DNA of 64,000 nucleotides from Perkinsus chesapeaki ATCC PRA-425 (taxonomy: Eukaryota > Protista > Perkinsozoa): positions 5,507 to 69,506 of the forward strand of contig JAAPAO010000122.1 in the NCBI GenBank assembly GCA_013115145.1, in the 5' to 3' direction. The position numbers were made by a program, and so were the translations under genes. Below are positions 1 to 12,800 of this stretch, in pieces; positions within the stretch are counted from its first letter, which is position 1, and every line of letters begins with the position of its first letter. The notes beneath the pieces were generated by a model. The model saw only the letters and a list, made by a program, of their open reading frames with translations. It made no database searches and was not told where the DNA came from.

Positions 1-616
1 TGAAATAGCCAAGTTGAGCTTGGAGGAGATTATCAAGACCAAGAGCGGTGGAGTCTTTAATCAGGCTGCTCAGGTAGGGTTCAATTTCGTGGCGAAGTGA
101 CTCTAATCTCCTATTTAGACCTTCAATCACACCTTCTTCTGGAACAGCTTGTCCCCCAATGGCGGCAACGCCCCCACTGGAAAGATCGCTGAGCTTATCA
201 ACCGCGATTTCGGAAGCTTTGAGGAGTTCAAGAGCCAGTTCACCGCCGCAGCTGTCGGTCATTTCGGCAGCGGCTGGGCCTGGCTTGTTGCCGATAACGG
301 CAAACTCAAGGTTGTAAGTGTTCCCCTTCGGCGCTCGAGAGCTGCTCTGTGTTGTTGAAGTTGTTGTGGTGTGTAGGTTCAAGGCCATGACGCTGGTTGC
401 CCGTTGAGGGATGGTCAGACGCCTATCCTCAACTGTGATGTATGGGAGCATGCCTATTACATTGATTACAGGAATGCTAGACCTAAGTAAGGGTGTGGTG
501 GAACCGGCGGTTTTTATCGAGTTGTTGTTGCTGTTGAAATCAGGTATGTTGAGCACTTCTGGGAGATTGTTAACTGGGACTTTGCCAACAAGAACGTCGT
601 CGAGGCCGGTCTTTAA
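1..616 (+). CDS. SOD: Iron superoxide dismutase, 5'-partial (introns 74-118, 314-376, 487-543)
   Basis: Spliced translation ...[17 protein letters not shown]...[11 protein letters not shown]...GHDAG...[30 protein letters not shown]...* has the Fe/Mn-SOD signature DxWEHAYY. The NQAAQ/HDAG pattern is Fe-type. All three introns are GT-AG and keep the frame. Confidence 0.96.
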
Positions 617-882
617 ATGAGACGGTCGTTGAGCAGGGCAAATTGTTGATGCTGTTAACCCGTCAGAAGAGCATACTGATCGCCTTCTGTTGTTTTTTGC
701 CAATACGGTTGTGAGCAGTTTCGTCGTATGATGGATTGATGGTGGTGGAATAATGAGACTTATTTATTATCTTCATTTGTTGTTTAGTCGTCAATACTCA
801 TGGAGAGGAGGCTGTGGGGGTATTGGGAATGGTAGGAAGCAGCTGTTGGCTCGCAGTTCGTTCTGATGCCAACAGAGCCGTC

Positions 883-3800
883 ATGAATCTTAAAAACATC
901 TTATGGGCGCTCCTTATACAGTTTTGCAATCGAAGTGTTGAGGCCACCAACTCGAGTGTTGGCAATGAAACAGAAATATTGGGCAATGATATCGATAAAA
1001 ACAGTCTCATGCAATCGGTCGCGAACTCCACGACGATGCTGCTGCCGAATTCTACTGTCCTAGTCAACTCAACGGTTCCGGCCAACTCAACGGTTCCGGC
1101 CAACTCAACGGTTCCGGCTAACTCAACAGTTCCGGCCAACTCAACGGTTCCGGCCAACTCAACGGTTCCGGCTAACTCAACAGTTCCGGCCAACTTTACG
1201 TATTCAGTGAACTCGACGGTGCTCTTGGTAGTTCGGGCTAATGGATGATATGATGGTAGTCAAAGAGTTATTCAGGAAAACCAATCACAACAGAACGCAT
1301 CTGCTGGCCAGGAGAGGAGACGGCTTGCGGAGATTGACACTACCACATCAGGCTGGATGGTATCGACTAAGGCGCGAAACTTAGATGCTTTAGCCAGTAG
1401 CATGTTCGCCGCTCGCACGAGAGCCTTTGTATAGCGCTCACTTTATTATAGTGGAGCCATTAGCAATACGTTTACAGTAAACGTATACCAATACCGATAT
1501 AAAATATAACAACCATTCTTGACGGTTTCCGTGGCCTACTAAGCTTACTCAGTGTAGTTCTTTTGTAGTTCCCTTCAACCACTTCTGTAAGATTAACGGA
1601 TGAGCTTGGTGGTGTATCAACCGGCAGCTCATTGATACTGATGGCTGGGGTCCTTTATACTAAAGTGAGGGGGTAGAGGAGGAGGAGGAGGGGGAGGATG
1701 CACATGCTGATCCGGCATTGTCCAGATGCCAGGTTGAGATACATGCTACTGGGGGTTACGAATTCACCACACAGTATCATCCGACACCAGCGCTCAAGAT
1801 GGTCCTGGCAGTGACGGATAGGACTAGGTCAGTTCGGGATTCGTGAAAGGCTTGTGGTGTCCCTATCCTGTTGGTAGTGCAGCAAGGCGTTTAGTGGTCC
1901 ATTAAGCGCTATCGGGGACCCTCTATAGATGCATGCCTTACCTCTCGATAGGTGTAAGCTTGTATATTTTGAAATAAAAGCATGATCTTTATGTCGTTAT
2001 AAAGTCGGCTTCGTTTATTGGACGTGACAAGAGTCTTGGAAGTACCATTTAGTTAGAGTCTTCTGAGCTTGCTGCCTCTCCAGCCATTCGTGATCAGATG
2101 CAATGAGCTGCAATACGAGACAACCGTGGCCAAAGTTGACAGTGTGAATTCGAGTGACCTAGCTCGACCAACCCGGCTCTATCAAGGTAGTGGTGGCACC
2201 GCTGTCCTTCAAGGAGCTCATGGATGGCTCAGTCTCCACAGTGGACCAAGGGCTGCTGGAGACGCAGTTGGCGAGGGTGATGTTCCAGCATGGAGGCGTG
2301 TTCAAGTTGTGTTATACCCCAGATGGTAGTAGCTATGCGGTAAGGCTCGGGACTGGGGCTGGCTTAGGGACTTTCAGCGAGGCTGATGGCGGTGGACGCT
2401 TCAACAACGTATTGAATGTAAGCATGATAGTATATGGGTTGGCGAGCGGTTGTAAAACGGACGGATGCATGGCTAAGCAACGATGGGACTGCTGGTTCAG
2501 GTGATAGGGGTTATTACGCTTCTGCTTGCCACGGAAAGCCGGGCAGTGTGTGACACACTGTGTGCCGTGAAAATTTCCGTCGCATAGTGTGGGAAGACTC
2601 ACGCTGTCGTGTCTGGTAATCTGTACGTCGGTGTCTCAGCTACATGAACGAGATACCTACCGCAGCATGCTCGGTGGTGGTCACCAACGATCCGGCAGCG
2701 CTGGTTGACGGGCAGCCGGGCCGAGAGGGATGGTCTATGACAGCTGGAGGGTACCACGGAGGGAACGGGCGCGTTGGCCGGGTATGGAAATCAGGTCGAG
2801 TCGACTGTACTGGAGCGAGGCGTTTGAGTATCCTGATATTCATGACATGAACGGCACACTGAAAGCGGGGGCTGTTGAGAGCAGCAAAAGCTGTGCTACT
2901 ACAGCACCAGATATGGTCTACATTCAATCACCGCCGACTACTGGTGAGGGCAATACCATGCTGGAGGTTGAGTAGCGGTGGTCCTAGAGACTCTGCGCTA
3001 GATATAGAAGCATACTCATTGCCTTATGGCTGCTTTTTTGATGAAACTAGTGAAACTAGCTTCACGCTGAAGCTTGATCATAGTAGCTACTCATCGGCTT
3101 CACTCACAGAGCGGGTTTAAATGGCCGCTTTTCGTTTACTGGTCATCTTAGGTATGGAGCTCTTAACCACAAAGGCTGCAGTGCTGCCTACTCCGCGCAG
3201 TTCATCTCATAGTAGCTTTGCCTTTGCCGCTTGCTACTGCCCTAGTTACGGAGATTGTGACGACGCCTCTGAGTAGGGTTCAACGGCGCCAGTGAACTGA
3301 GGTTATTCTTGATTAGGTACACGCAGCAGGTCGGTGTGTTTTACATGTGGACCTTGAGGATATGCGACTTGGGCGATGAACGGCTGTGTACCCCTCGGTA
3401 GGGCTATGTTGGTCGGGGGTGAGGGGCATCTAAACTAGGTACATGAGATTCTTCCCACAGCAGAATTTTGCCCTCCGTGTCGACTGTCCGCCGGGTGCGG
3501 AGGGGTGCCTCAACATTGACACGGATCAGGTGGGCTTTCCATGACAAAAGGGCAGAGGAGGGTGCTTGAAAATAAAGCTCGACTTGTCAGTCTCGCATAT
3601 CGTTTCTGGCTATGTCCGGCACACTACCGGAAGTTGTTCGGCAAGCAGCAGTGGACCCGACGCAGCTGGTCAAGGTGAGGGCCGGGGGTTGGGGAAATAA
3701 CAAGAATTGATTTGGCGAGATTGGAACGCTCCTGGACCATGATGGATGTGGCCTTCTTCACGGAGCGCTGCAATTCCGGTACAGGAAGGCCTTCACTAGG

Positions 3801-6800
3801 CAGAAATCTCGGAATTAGATCTTCCGCCCTCCCGCTGTAAGATTTCCTCACCAACGCATGGATGTATGGCAGGAGAAGATGAATTGGGATCCGACACACG
3901 TATGCAAGACCACTGTAGAGAGCAGACTAGTGGTTATACGGGAGAAGGAGAATCTTAATGGTGGTCCGAGAAGGGACTACAGGTGAGTCATCGTCGAACA
4001 AGTGCTTGGAAAGGGTTACTAACTTCATCAGGGTTTGGGGGGAGTTCCTAAGGATACGAAGGACACTTAATCAGCGTGTTGCAGTGTGTATGTGTCAGCG
4101 GCAGTGCGATAGGAACTCTAACTGGTTTAAGGTAGGATGGCTCTTCTTATTAAAGAACAGCTGGATTGGTGAACTGTGAGGTTGCCAGGTCGGAGAGATC
4201 TCGACGCCTGTGGCAGTTGGGTTCAGCTTCAGGAGCAACACCAGTAGTAGTTACACTCAGCAGGGCGGGTAGGTTAATAGATTTATACTCTTGCTTTCGA
4301 TCGCCTAGCTCAGGTACCAACCATATGGCGCATCCGTTTCGATAGTTAACGTGCCCGGAAAGCTTACTCTGTACTTTGGCAATACCTTGAACGCGGACAC
4401 AGCCGATGCGGTAAGTCGATTGCACCGCCCGCTAGAATTGAGTCCGTTATTATTCCCGGGGACATACATCTCCCCGGGCGAGGGTTAAGGAGCTTACGCC
4501 GAAGAGAGTAGCGCAAGAAAGACACTGTGGTGGGTATTATAGTATGGAGTATTATCAGATTGCATTATCAGTATCAGTCCAGCATTACAGTACTAATAAT
4601 ATGTATTTATGGATACATTTTATCGACTAGTATAGTAGTTATTATTGTAGTTGCAATGAACATTAGAGGTTAACATCAGAACTTACTGTAGAACTTTACA
4701 CCTTTCCATTATATCACGATCGTTATCTGTATTTCAGTACGAGGCTCCTAAAGCTTCTCGCTCGGCCTTGGTCAACATCCTCTCCTTTGATCGAGATTTG
4801 CTCTACGGACCCGCCAATGCCCCAGGAGGCAGGAAGACGCTGGAAGGGTGAGGCCGTTCCCACAGCCTCCTAGATGAAGCTGCTGTTCGATGACATCAGG
4901 TACCTCGGACTTGATAGGGAAACCTCCTCGGACGCTCAGACCAAGCTGGATGAGATATGTGAACAGGAGCTCTACTCGCCGATAATTCGGGGGCCGGACT
5001 CAAAGCAAACAGCAAAGGAGTGAGGCGAGGGTCCGAGGAGGAGGAGGAGGCGTTTGAGCCATCGCTTCACTTGTTCAGCTACATTGCGCATGTCCCCTGG
5101 GGTACGGTCACCAACTACTTATCATTTGACGGTCAGTTGCACGACAAGGAGATCACGGTGCTAAAGTCTGGCGTCATCGGTGTGTGCTACTGTGCTGAGA
5201 TAACGTCTTCCACAGAGTGCGCGGATCAATCGTGGATCTTCACTGGTCGAATGCTAATCCGAGGCCCGGTGGGTGGGCAGGTGTGGAACTTCCCGGTTGA
5301 CGTCATTGTTGGTCTATCCTTGGACGGTTGGGGCCTGGACGAGTCTCGCGATTTCATCAGGATCGTGGGATCCTCAGAAAACTGCGAGCAAATTTCCGCT
5401 GCCAATCCTGAGCCATCCGGAATCACGACGATCCTCTTGGGCTGTCCGGCGGAGAACGGTGCTGGCTGTCGTGCAGCTACCGAGACGACCAACCTAGTGG
5501 GGCATTTACTGGGGTCACATGACACGGCAGGGGTCCACCTGCATGATATAGTTCCCGAGCCAACAAAGACGTTGCTCTCGTTCGATGGTGAACATGGGCT
5601 GAGCGACGGGGACATGATACTAATAGAGGAAGAGACTCTTGAAATTTCAGGAAAGCTCAGCACGTTCTGGACGGAGAGTCAGAAATATGTAGGATACGTG
5701 CTTCCAGAGGGCTCACCGTGCAGGGCTTTTCTGTGCAGGTTGGATCCCTCATAACTGGACAGACCCGGTTTCGAGACAACACCTCTGTGAGCTACCCAGT
5801 CGGCCACAGAGTAATGCTTGATCCAGCTAACCCGACCACACAAGTGTAAGCCCACTCCTTACGCGCCCAAAGCATCTAGCTCGGTGTTTGGCTTGCTGAT
5901 CGGTATCACCATTTGGATGATTTCATCGTCTCAGTTATATCCCAGTAGCCATCCCTACTTGGCTCTCCACTGACTTCCTCAGCTTCAAGAGTCAGCTTGG
6001 TCGGTGGCGTAGAATATCGGAATGGAGCACTAAAGAGGAGATCAGGGCCACGGTCCCTTACTCGGGGGCTAAGGTCTGCTGGGCGACACGTCCGACGGGT
6101 GGGTTGGGTTTTGCCATTGTCAATACCACCGTAATTCTCATTTCCGTAAGCTGCTAGGAAGCTTACTCTAGCTAATTGGTTCAGTTAGTCCCGATTCAGC
6201 TACTTACCCTGTTCGCTTTACCAGGTTCCCACCTATCGTCTTTCATGATCACTGCCGGTACCATCAACTTTGTTGAGCCCCCAGAATTCCCTCATGCCAT
6301 GCTATCCCTCACAAGCACCAAAGCAGGAGCTGTGGCGCCTGTGATACTAACCTTCCAGGTAGGGATTGGGCCATCTCTGTAGCGTGACGGCATCTCCTAT
6401 ATACTTGTTGATCTGCCATGCTAGCTCGGTTGGTCTCTGTGATGTACGCGGCCCTGCATAGTTCAATATTCATGAAATCACACGCGTTAGTCAGCGCAAA
6501 CACGAGGTGATGGACAAGAATGGAGCACCGCGTTAATTTATTCATGTCAGCAGCAGCAGCTTCAGCAGTTCCCGTAGAAACTCGATATTTCTCATCCCTC
6601 ACATTGTCCGTCAGCCTTTGGGTATTACGCCCTAAACGCCCTTCCGATCAGGCCGGCTCCTGGGAGTACAGTCTAAACGATGGTCCTATTACCCTAGTGC
6701 TGAGATTCCGTGACGTGGTCGATACCGTGACGCCGTTGCTGACGGGTAAGCGCTGGCATTCCGCAACGTAACTCTAGAAGGATGCTGTTAGCTGACGTGG

Positions 6801-9800
6801 CGCCCGACGGTCTGAGCCCGACTGGGCTACCGGCCAGTGAGGAGCTCCCAAGAGCCCAAATGAAACAGAGTAGCTTTGTGTCGGAACCGAATGGCAAACA
6901 GCGGCCCCCGTAGGTGTATGTGGCAAGATCTTCACTGAGCTGTGGTCATCTGACCCCTCCGGCTTCCCCATACCTGCCGGATGCTACTACAGTAAAACCT
7001 ACCGTAACGACGGAGCCAATGAAAAGTTCTATAGAGAGTATTATATCTCCTTCAATCAAAAGTGGGGACCATCGCCGGGGCTTCACCGCTGCGATTGGTG
7101 CACCACAGATACGGTCTGCGACATGACTGCAGTAGTGGGAAGGAGAAGAGAGATCCGGAGGACCCGACGACCAAGGCTGCTGGAGGAAGGGTTGCGCCTA
7201 GCTCCGGTCCCTCTGAGTGATTCGTCTTATATTTCATAGTTTATATCATCACTTGTTATTATCAGATATTGCACATACCAAATAGCCTTCCTAGCTTCGG
7301 TCAGCGATCTCGTGACGACATCCTCGCCTGTTATGGACATCTATTCGATATGTCATGGATGTGCTGGATCGAAATATAAGGTGATGACCATTGCCTGATC
7401 TGCCGTTGAAGGAGGTGGCCAACTATGCAAATCACCGTTTAGGTTTTCGAGAAGTCTGCTGTATATCTTGATCGAGTCCCTATTGCAGCCGCCGGGTTCT
7501 CTGACTCGAACTTCAAGAATGGTAACGTTGGTGGCGGCTCTTCCCGAAGCATCGCCGTATTCTCATTCTAGGTGGCGGCTTCGTCCTCCGAAATGGTGAT
7601 GAGGATAGGATTCTCGCATTGAGCACATCCAACGTTATCAACTTCCGACTGGAGGGAGGCTCTGGCGCCAGCGCTATCAAGAAAGGTGAACCCATTTCGA
7701 GGCGCGCAAGAATGCCGGTGCAACGCGGGTTTCAGGATCGACGGTTCGCCTTATTCTATCACCTCTCACTTTGTGGCATTCCTCTAGCACATGTTTTGTT
7801 GGTTGTACTGCCGATTCAACGGTGAGTGACGCTGTGTGTGTTGGACCAGAAATGACTTGCTCAATGGAGAGCTCAGTGCTGGCTCAGCCGGGAGGGGATG
7901 ACACTCCCGGAAGGAAGTAAGCAGCTAACAAGGGCAGCCCTCCACGGCCAGTGATTCATGCCGGGCCGGGCTCAGATCCCCATGCTTTCTATGAGGAATA
8001 TGCTGCGTTAAAATCTCACTAACTGTTACTCGATATCTTACGGGCTTAAAGATATGGTCCCCGACAGAGTGGCCGTGGCGATCGCTGGGTGACTCTTGCA
8101 CTACTTAGGTTGAACGTTGTGAAGATAACTTTGCCGTCGTCGTCAATGACAGACATAACTGGTGATGAGATGCACGACTTCACGCTTTCTGGGCTCACTC
8201 TTCCATCCGGTGGCACTGGATGGTTCCCTACTAGAATTGGTGTCGAAATCACTGAAGGTGGCACGGACCTCAAACCGGACTACACGACCTCGAACGGTAA
8301 CCTTGACAGCGGCATCGATTCGAGTGATAGTTGCTCAGGCTTCATTTGGAAGGATCATGGCTCGCCGGGTTCCAATGGGCGCATCTTGGTGACGGATTAT
8401 TCAGGCTATGGCCCGAAGCCGTTCAAGGAGGATACCTCTAATAAGCTCGTCGTCAGGCTTCAATTCGCAGTTCCCCTGCTGTCACTGGGCCAGGCGAGCG
8501 CTGTCGATATCAGTATATTTGTGCCCGATGAAGTTGGAGTATCCTGCCGTACCACTGATGGAGCCGTTGTTCGGGGGGACCTGGAAGTGAGGTCCTCTGT
8601 AAACTTTTTACCCAGTGTCTCCTTCTTCCCTCTGTCGCCGTTTTGTCTTAACGTGGCCCACGTTAGGCAGCTGCAGCACAAAGAGCTCTTTCTTGCTTCA
8701 GGTATTCGAGCATGATTTAGATGATGATTACTATTTTGATAATGTGAAGGGATATTGGAGCGGTCTGACCGACGATGGCTCTTGGGAATCCTCCTCAGCT
8801 AACGAATGTATCTATTCCTTCCGAAAGGGTCAGATGGTTCCAGTCAATGCCACGGCCTTCCTGACACTAACGTTGGACAACCCGAGGCCACAGATGAAAC
8901 GGGATGATGAAATCAACACATGGTGCGACTAAACAATCCACCAAGTTTTACCCCTTATCTGAACCCGACACGTCTCTCTCGTAATTGCCCAATCAACTAT
9001 CTCCGATCGTCAGGAGTGCATCTCTAAAATGCTGAAATCATCCTTTGTTGTGCTGTTCGCTGTGCATTCTGATATGCTTTACGTACGGTTATGGTTGATA
9101 TAAAGCAAGATATATGCTTCGTTCTTTTCAGGTTCATCCAGCTTGGTGGCAAGGGCTACTCGGATGCGTCACCACGCCGTATGTCTAAGATACCGTTTAC
9201 CGGGATACCATATGACTCGGTAGAGGCCCGGTACTGGCAGCATAATACCGCGGCCCTTGGGGAGCTCACTGAAGTCACATTGCAGCCTTTGAGCTTCCAG
9301 CCGGACGCGATGACCTACCTGAGGGTATTCTTCATAACTACAACAGCTCCGAATCGCCGATCAAAAATCGTTTTGGACGCCCCTGATGGATTTGACTTCG
9401 GTGAAGATTGCGACGTCCAAGAACTACCAAGTGCACACTATGCTGTCGTGAGCGCGACCGCATGGGGAACGACTAACCGACTGAAGTTTGTGGAGAAGTG
9501 CATTGGTTCGAAGTTCTCCTTGTCCACCGCGGAGAAGTCCGACACATTCAATCGGGCGACGATTGTCGTCGGTGGTGTGATGAAGGCCCTGACCTACTAC
9601 GGATTCCAGATAGGTGTAACCCTGCCTTCTGGCAAAGCATACAAGTGAGTTTACCATTGAACAAGGGAAAGTGCCCAGTAAATATATTCGACCGTGCAAT
9701 GGTTACTCACGAACTGGCCTTCCTTCAGTCCCGATATCCACAATTACGGCTGGCGTCTCTGGACGTATGACGAGCATGGCTACGGCTTAGATGGAGCCAG

Positions 9801-12800
9801 ACCGTAGGACTGGCAAGATGCTCTAGAGGCCGGTACACTGTGGCAGGTACGTCCGGTTCAATCTGAAGGTGCCCGGGACGATGAGCAACTTCTACGATAA
9901 AGGGTTCGGACTGTATGCGGATGAGATAGAAGGAATTAAAAGCGGAGAGAATGTCATTGGTGAGGACAAGGAGCTGCACTCGTTACTCAGCTCTATGATT
10001 CAGCGCCAACTGTGAGGATGGCAAGCCTGATGCCTTTTACAGTGGCGGGAGCGAGCACCTGGCTCACATTCGAGCCTTTTGTGTTTCGCTTCGATTTCGC
10101 CTCGAACATGCGCCTTACAGCTCCTATCGGGTAGGCTATTCGATTTCCCAAATAGCAGTTGAGCAGATCCTCTATGCAGTTACGTGTGGGACAGGGCCAG
10201 CAGCTTCCAGGTCAGCTCACCGTACTCAGACACGCAGTTCCCCGCTTTGCCCGACGTTGAGAACCCTGGTTCTGAGAACGAGTTGTTGTTCAGCGAGCTG
10301 CTTTTCCAGGGCGGCAAGATGTGAGTATTATTGCTAGCTATGCAGCCCTTATCGATATTGCTCTCCATTACATCTACCGTACCGCTTTCAGATACGGTTT
10401 TGCTGCCAAAGCGATCATACCTGATGTATCACCCACCACTTCAACCAACGCATTCTTCCTAGAAATCGGGTAGGTGCTGCTGCATGACCTTCTTCTTGAA
10501 AGGCTCAATGCTTCAGCTATACTGGTCGTCAAATAACAGAGCGGTATGCTTCCCTGGTCATTGAGGCTCCATTAGTGTCAAGTCTCATCGACTGCACGGT
10601 AGGCGGCACACACTTTCGACTCTCTAAATCTTAACAGCGCGCGGGTTGCTGGAGCGATGGTGTTAGGTATCCTACTTGTCGGCTAAGGAGGGGTATATAG
10701 CCAACCTGCTAGTATTCTCCTTTTATATTGTAACTCCCCTCGTTGGAGGAGATGGGCTTATTATTAAGGGGGATGATGGTACCAAAGGATTCACGTTCGA
10801 GCAGGTAAGACTCTTTCCTGGGAGATGCTGTATACCCACATCGCTTACTAATTCTACACGATTCGACCGCGGATCGCGAGCGTTAGGCTATTCTATCGCT
10901 GGCTGTCATCATTACCCCGATAAATCGGTCAGGTATGCAATCCTGTTGAGGTGGACGGAAGTCAAATGTTGCCGGCCGGAGGGATCGTTTGCAAAGCGAT
11001 ATACGAGCAAGGTGTTCCAAGGATCACCCTCACAGTGGGGGAGGGCTTCACCTTATCTACCGGCCTCTACAAGCTGGAGATGCCCTCGGCGAATCCTGGT
11101 TGGTTCTCTGGCGAAAGTCTCTCTGATTATTGCTTTACTAAGATACTCCACGGGTCGCTGGTAAATGGACGTTCGGGACCTACAAGAAGGTATCGGACTT
11201 CCCCAACGTGGACCCGATCGATAAGAGCATGACCATCGTCGGATATGATATCCTCCTCACCATGACCAAAGCGGCAATAGTACCCCTCACAACCAAACAG
11301 CGTGAGACCAATGAAGTTCGAAGGAGTAGGTCAATCTCGTGATGACAGGATCACTCACCGGTCGGAATGACAGACCTGAGAAGGTTAACAATATTATTGT
11401 GGCCTTCAGAATTAGCAGCACACCGACTTCCGAACAGGACTTTGTACGGTCGAAAGTATTGTGCATTGGCTTAGATTGTTGATCAGATCATTCGGGCTCC
11501 GAGAGGGTTTGTCTTCGATGACGATTGTCTCCCAGGAATCGTTACCAGCAGCGATTTGGTCTTCGGTGATGCGGTATGGCTAGACAGGAGCCTTGGACCT
11601 GCAGGAACCCAGCGTTTTGTGCTAGGATGAATTCAATGAGAAGCAGTATCGTCTGTGGGACGACGAAGGTGCTCGGCCACTTCTTTGTATCGGTGAGGGT
11701 CGGACAGCGTATCTCACCTTCTCATTGGGGATAGAGAGAGACTCCACTTACGCTTTCCGGTGGGCCCTGTTATAAGCTCGACAAGCGGCTGACTCGAGAG
11801 TACCAGGTTCCAAGTGAAGAACCCTACGGTTACACCAGAGGTTAACTTGTGGAACCTCGAGTACAATGGCTTTGCATCGTTCCCTTTGGAGGGCTTCAGT
11901 CTTTGGACTTTCACCGGAACCACTCTCAGTCAGATTTCCCCTCGAAATACTGTGTTAAGTCAGTGAGCCATTTCAGATGCAGTGAGCACTAGCACTACCA
12001 AAGACGACCAGGGCGGGCAGCAGAATAATACAGCTGGTACGATTCGTCGCTATCTTGCTGTGAAGCTCTGAATGGCAGGCAACCCTGTATCGGTTGTCTT
12101 CACTCCTACACGGACAATCATCGGTAAACTTGATTTCTCTCAAACGACGTCCTCGGGAAACCGCCGTCAACTACAAATCAACGAGCGTCCCAATGGCGGT
12201 GAGCTCGGGGCATTGACTCAGCTCAGATGATCCCTCTCGGGTGCATGCAGGTACAGTAGCGATCGATGCGCCGTCAACCTTCACTTTCTCGAACCCTTGC
12301 AATGTGGCCCTGGCGACGAACGATGCTTCAGTGATGTAGGATCTCCCGATCATGTGTGAGTCTATTAGTTTGACCCACAGTTTCACAGCTGGGCTTGACT
12401 TCGACTGCTCAGTGGAGTCCGATGACGACGGGAATCAGAAACTTACAGTCGAGCTGATAGGAACGAGGAGCATCCAGGTTGGAATTGCATCCTGCTCTTG
12501 GGGACAATCCTGTGTCTTCAGGAGGGCATCGCCTACGACCTTACTTTTTACGTGGTGAATCCCTTAGTAGCGCCAGATGAAGTGAGCCCATGGCTTCTGA
12601 GGAGCTTTGACATCGAGGGAAACGCTCTTGATGAGGTTCCCATTCCAGGATACAAGTAAGCTGTATTCCACCCGTGGCATCAACTTCTGCCAGCAGTCTG
12701 ATCCATACAGCGCGACCTTTGCAGTGATAATGAAATCGGACTACTCAACTGAGAATTCTTCTCTTTTTTACTCTCTGGGTACCATCCGGTCGTTCCTCTT

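Noticed and set aside
798-1193. Minus-strand ORF of (GTVELA)n repeats
   Set aside because: Antisense shadow of the (ANSTVP)n repeat; the + frame has the signal peptide and downstream splice sites.
3624-4425. Minus-strand ORFs suggesting a nested gene
   Set aside because: The + strand has spliceable exons with family-type motifs (NLNGGPRRDYR, VCMCQRQCD) across the same interval.
4520-4737. Long AT-rich intron as a possible snoRNA host
   Set aside because: No convincing C/D or H/ACA box arrangement seen.
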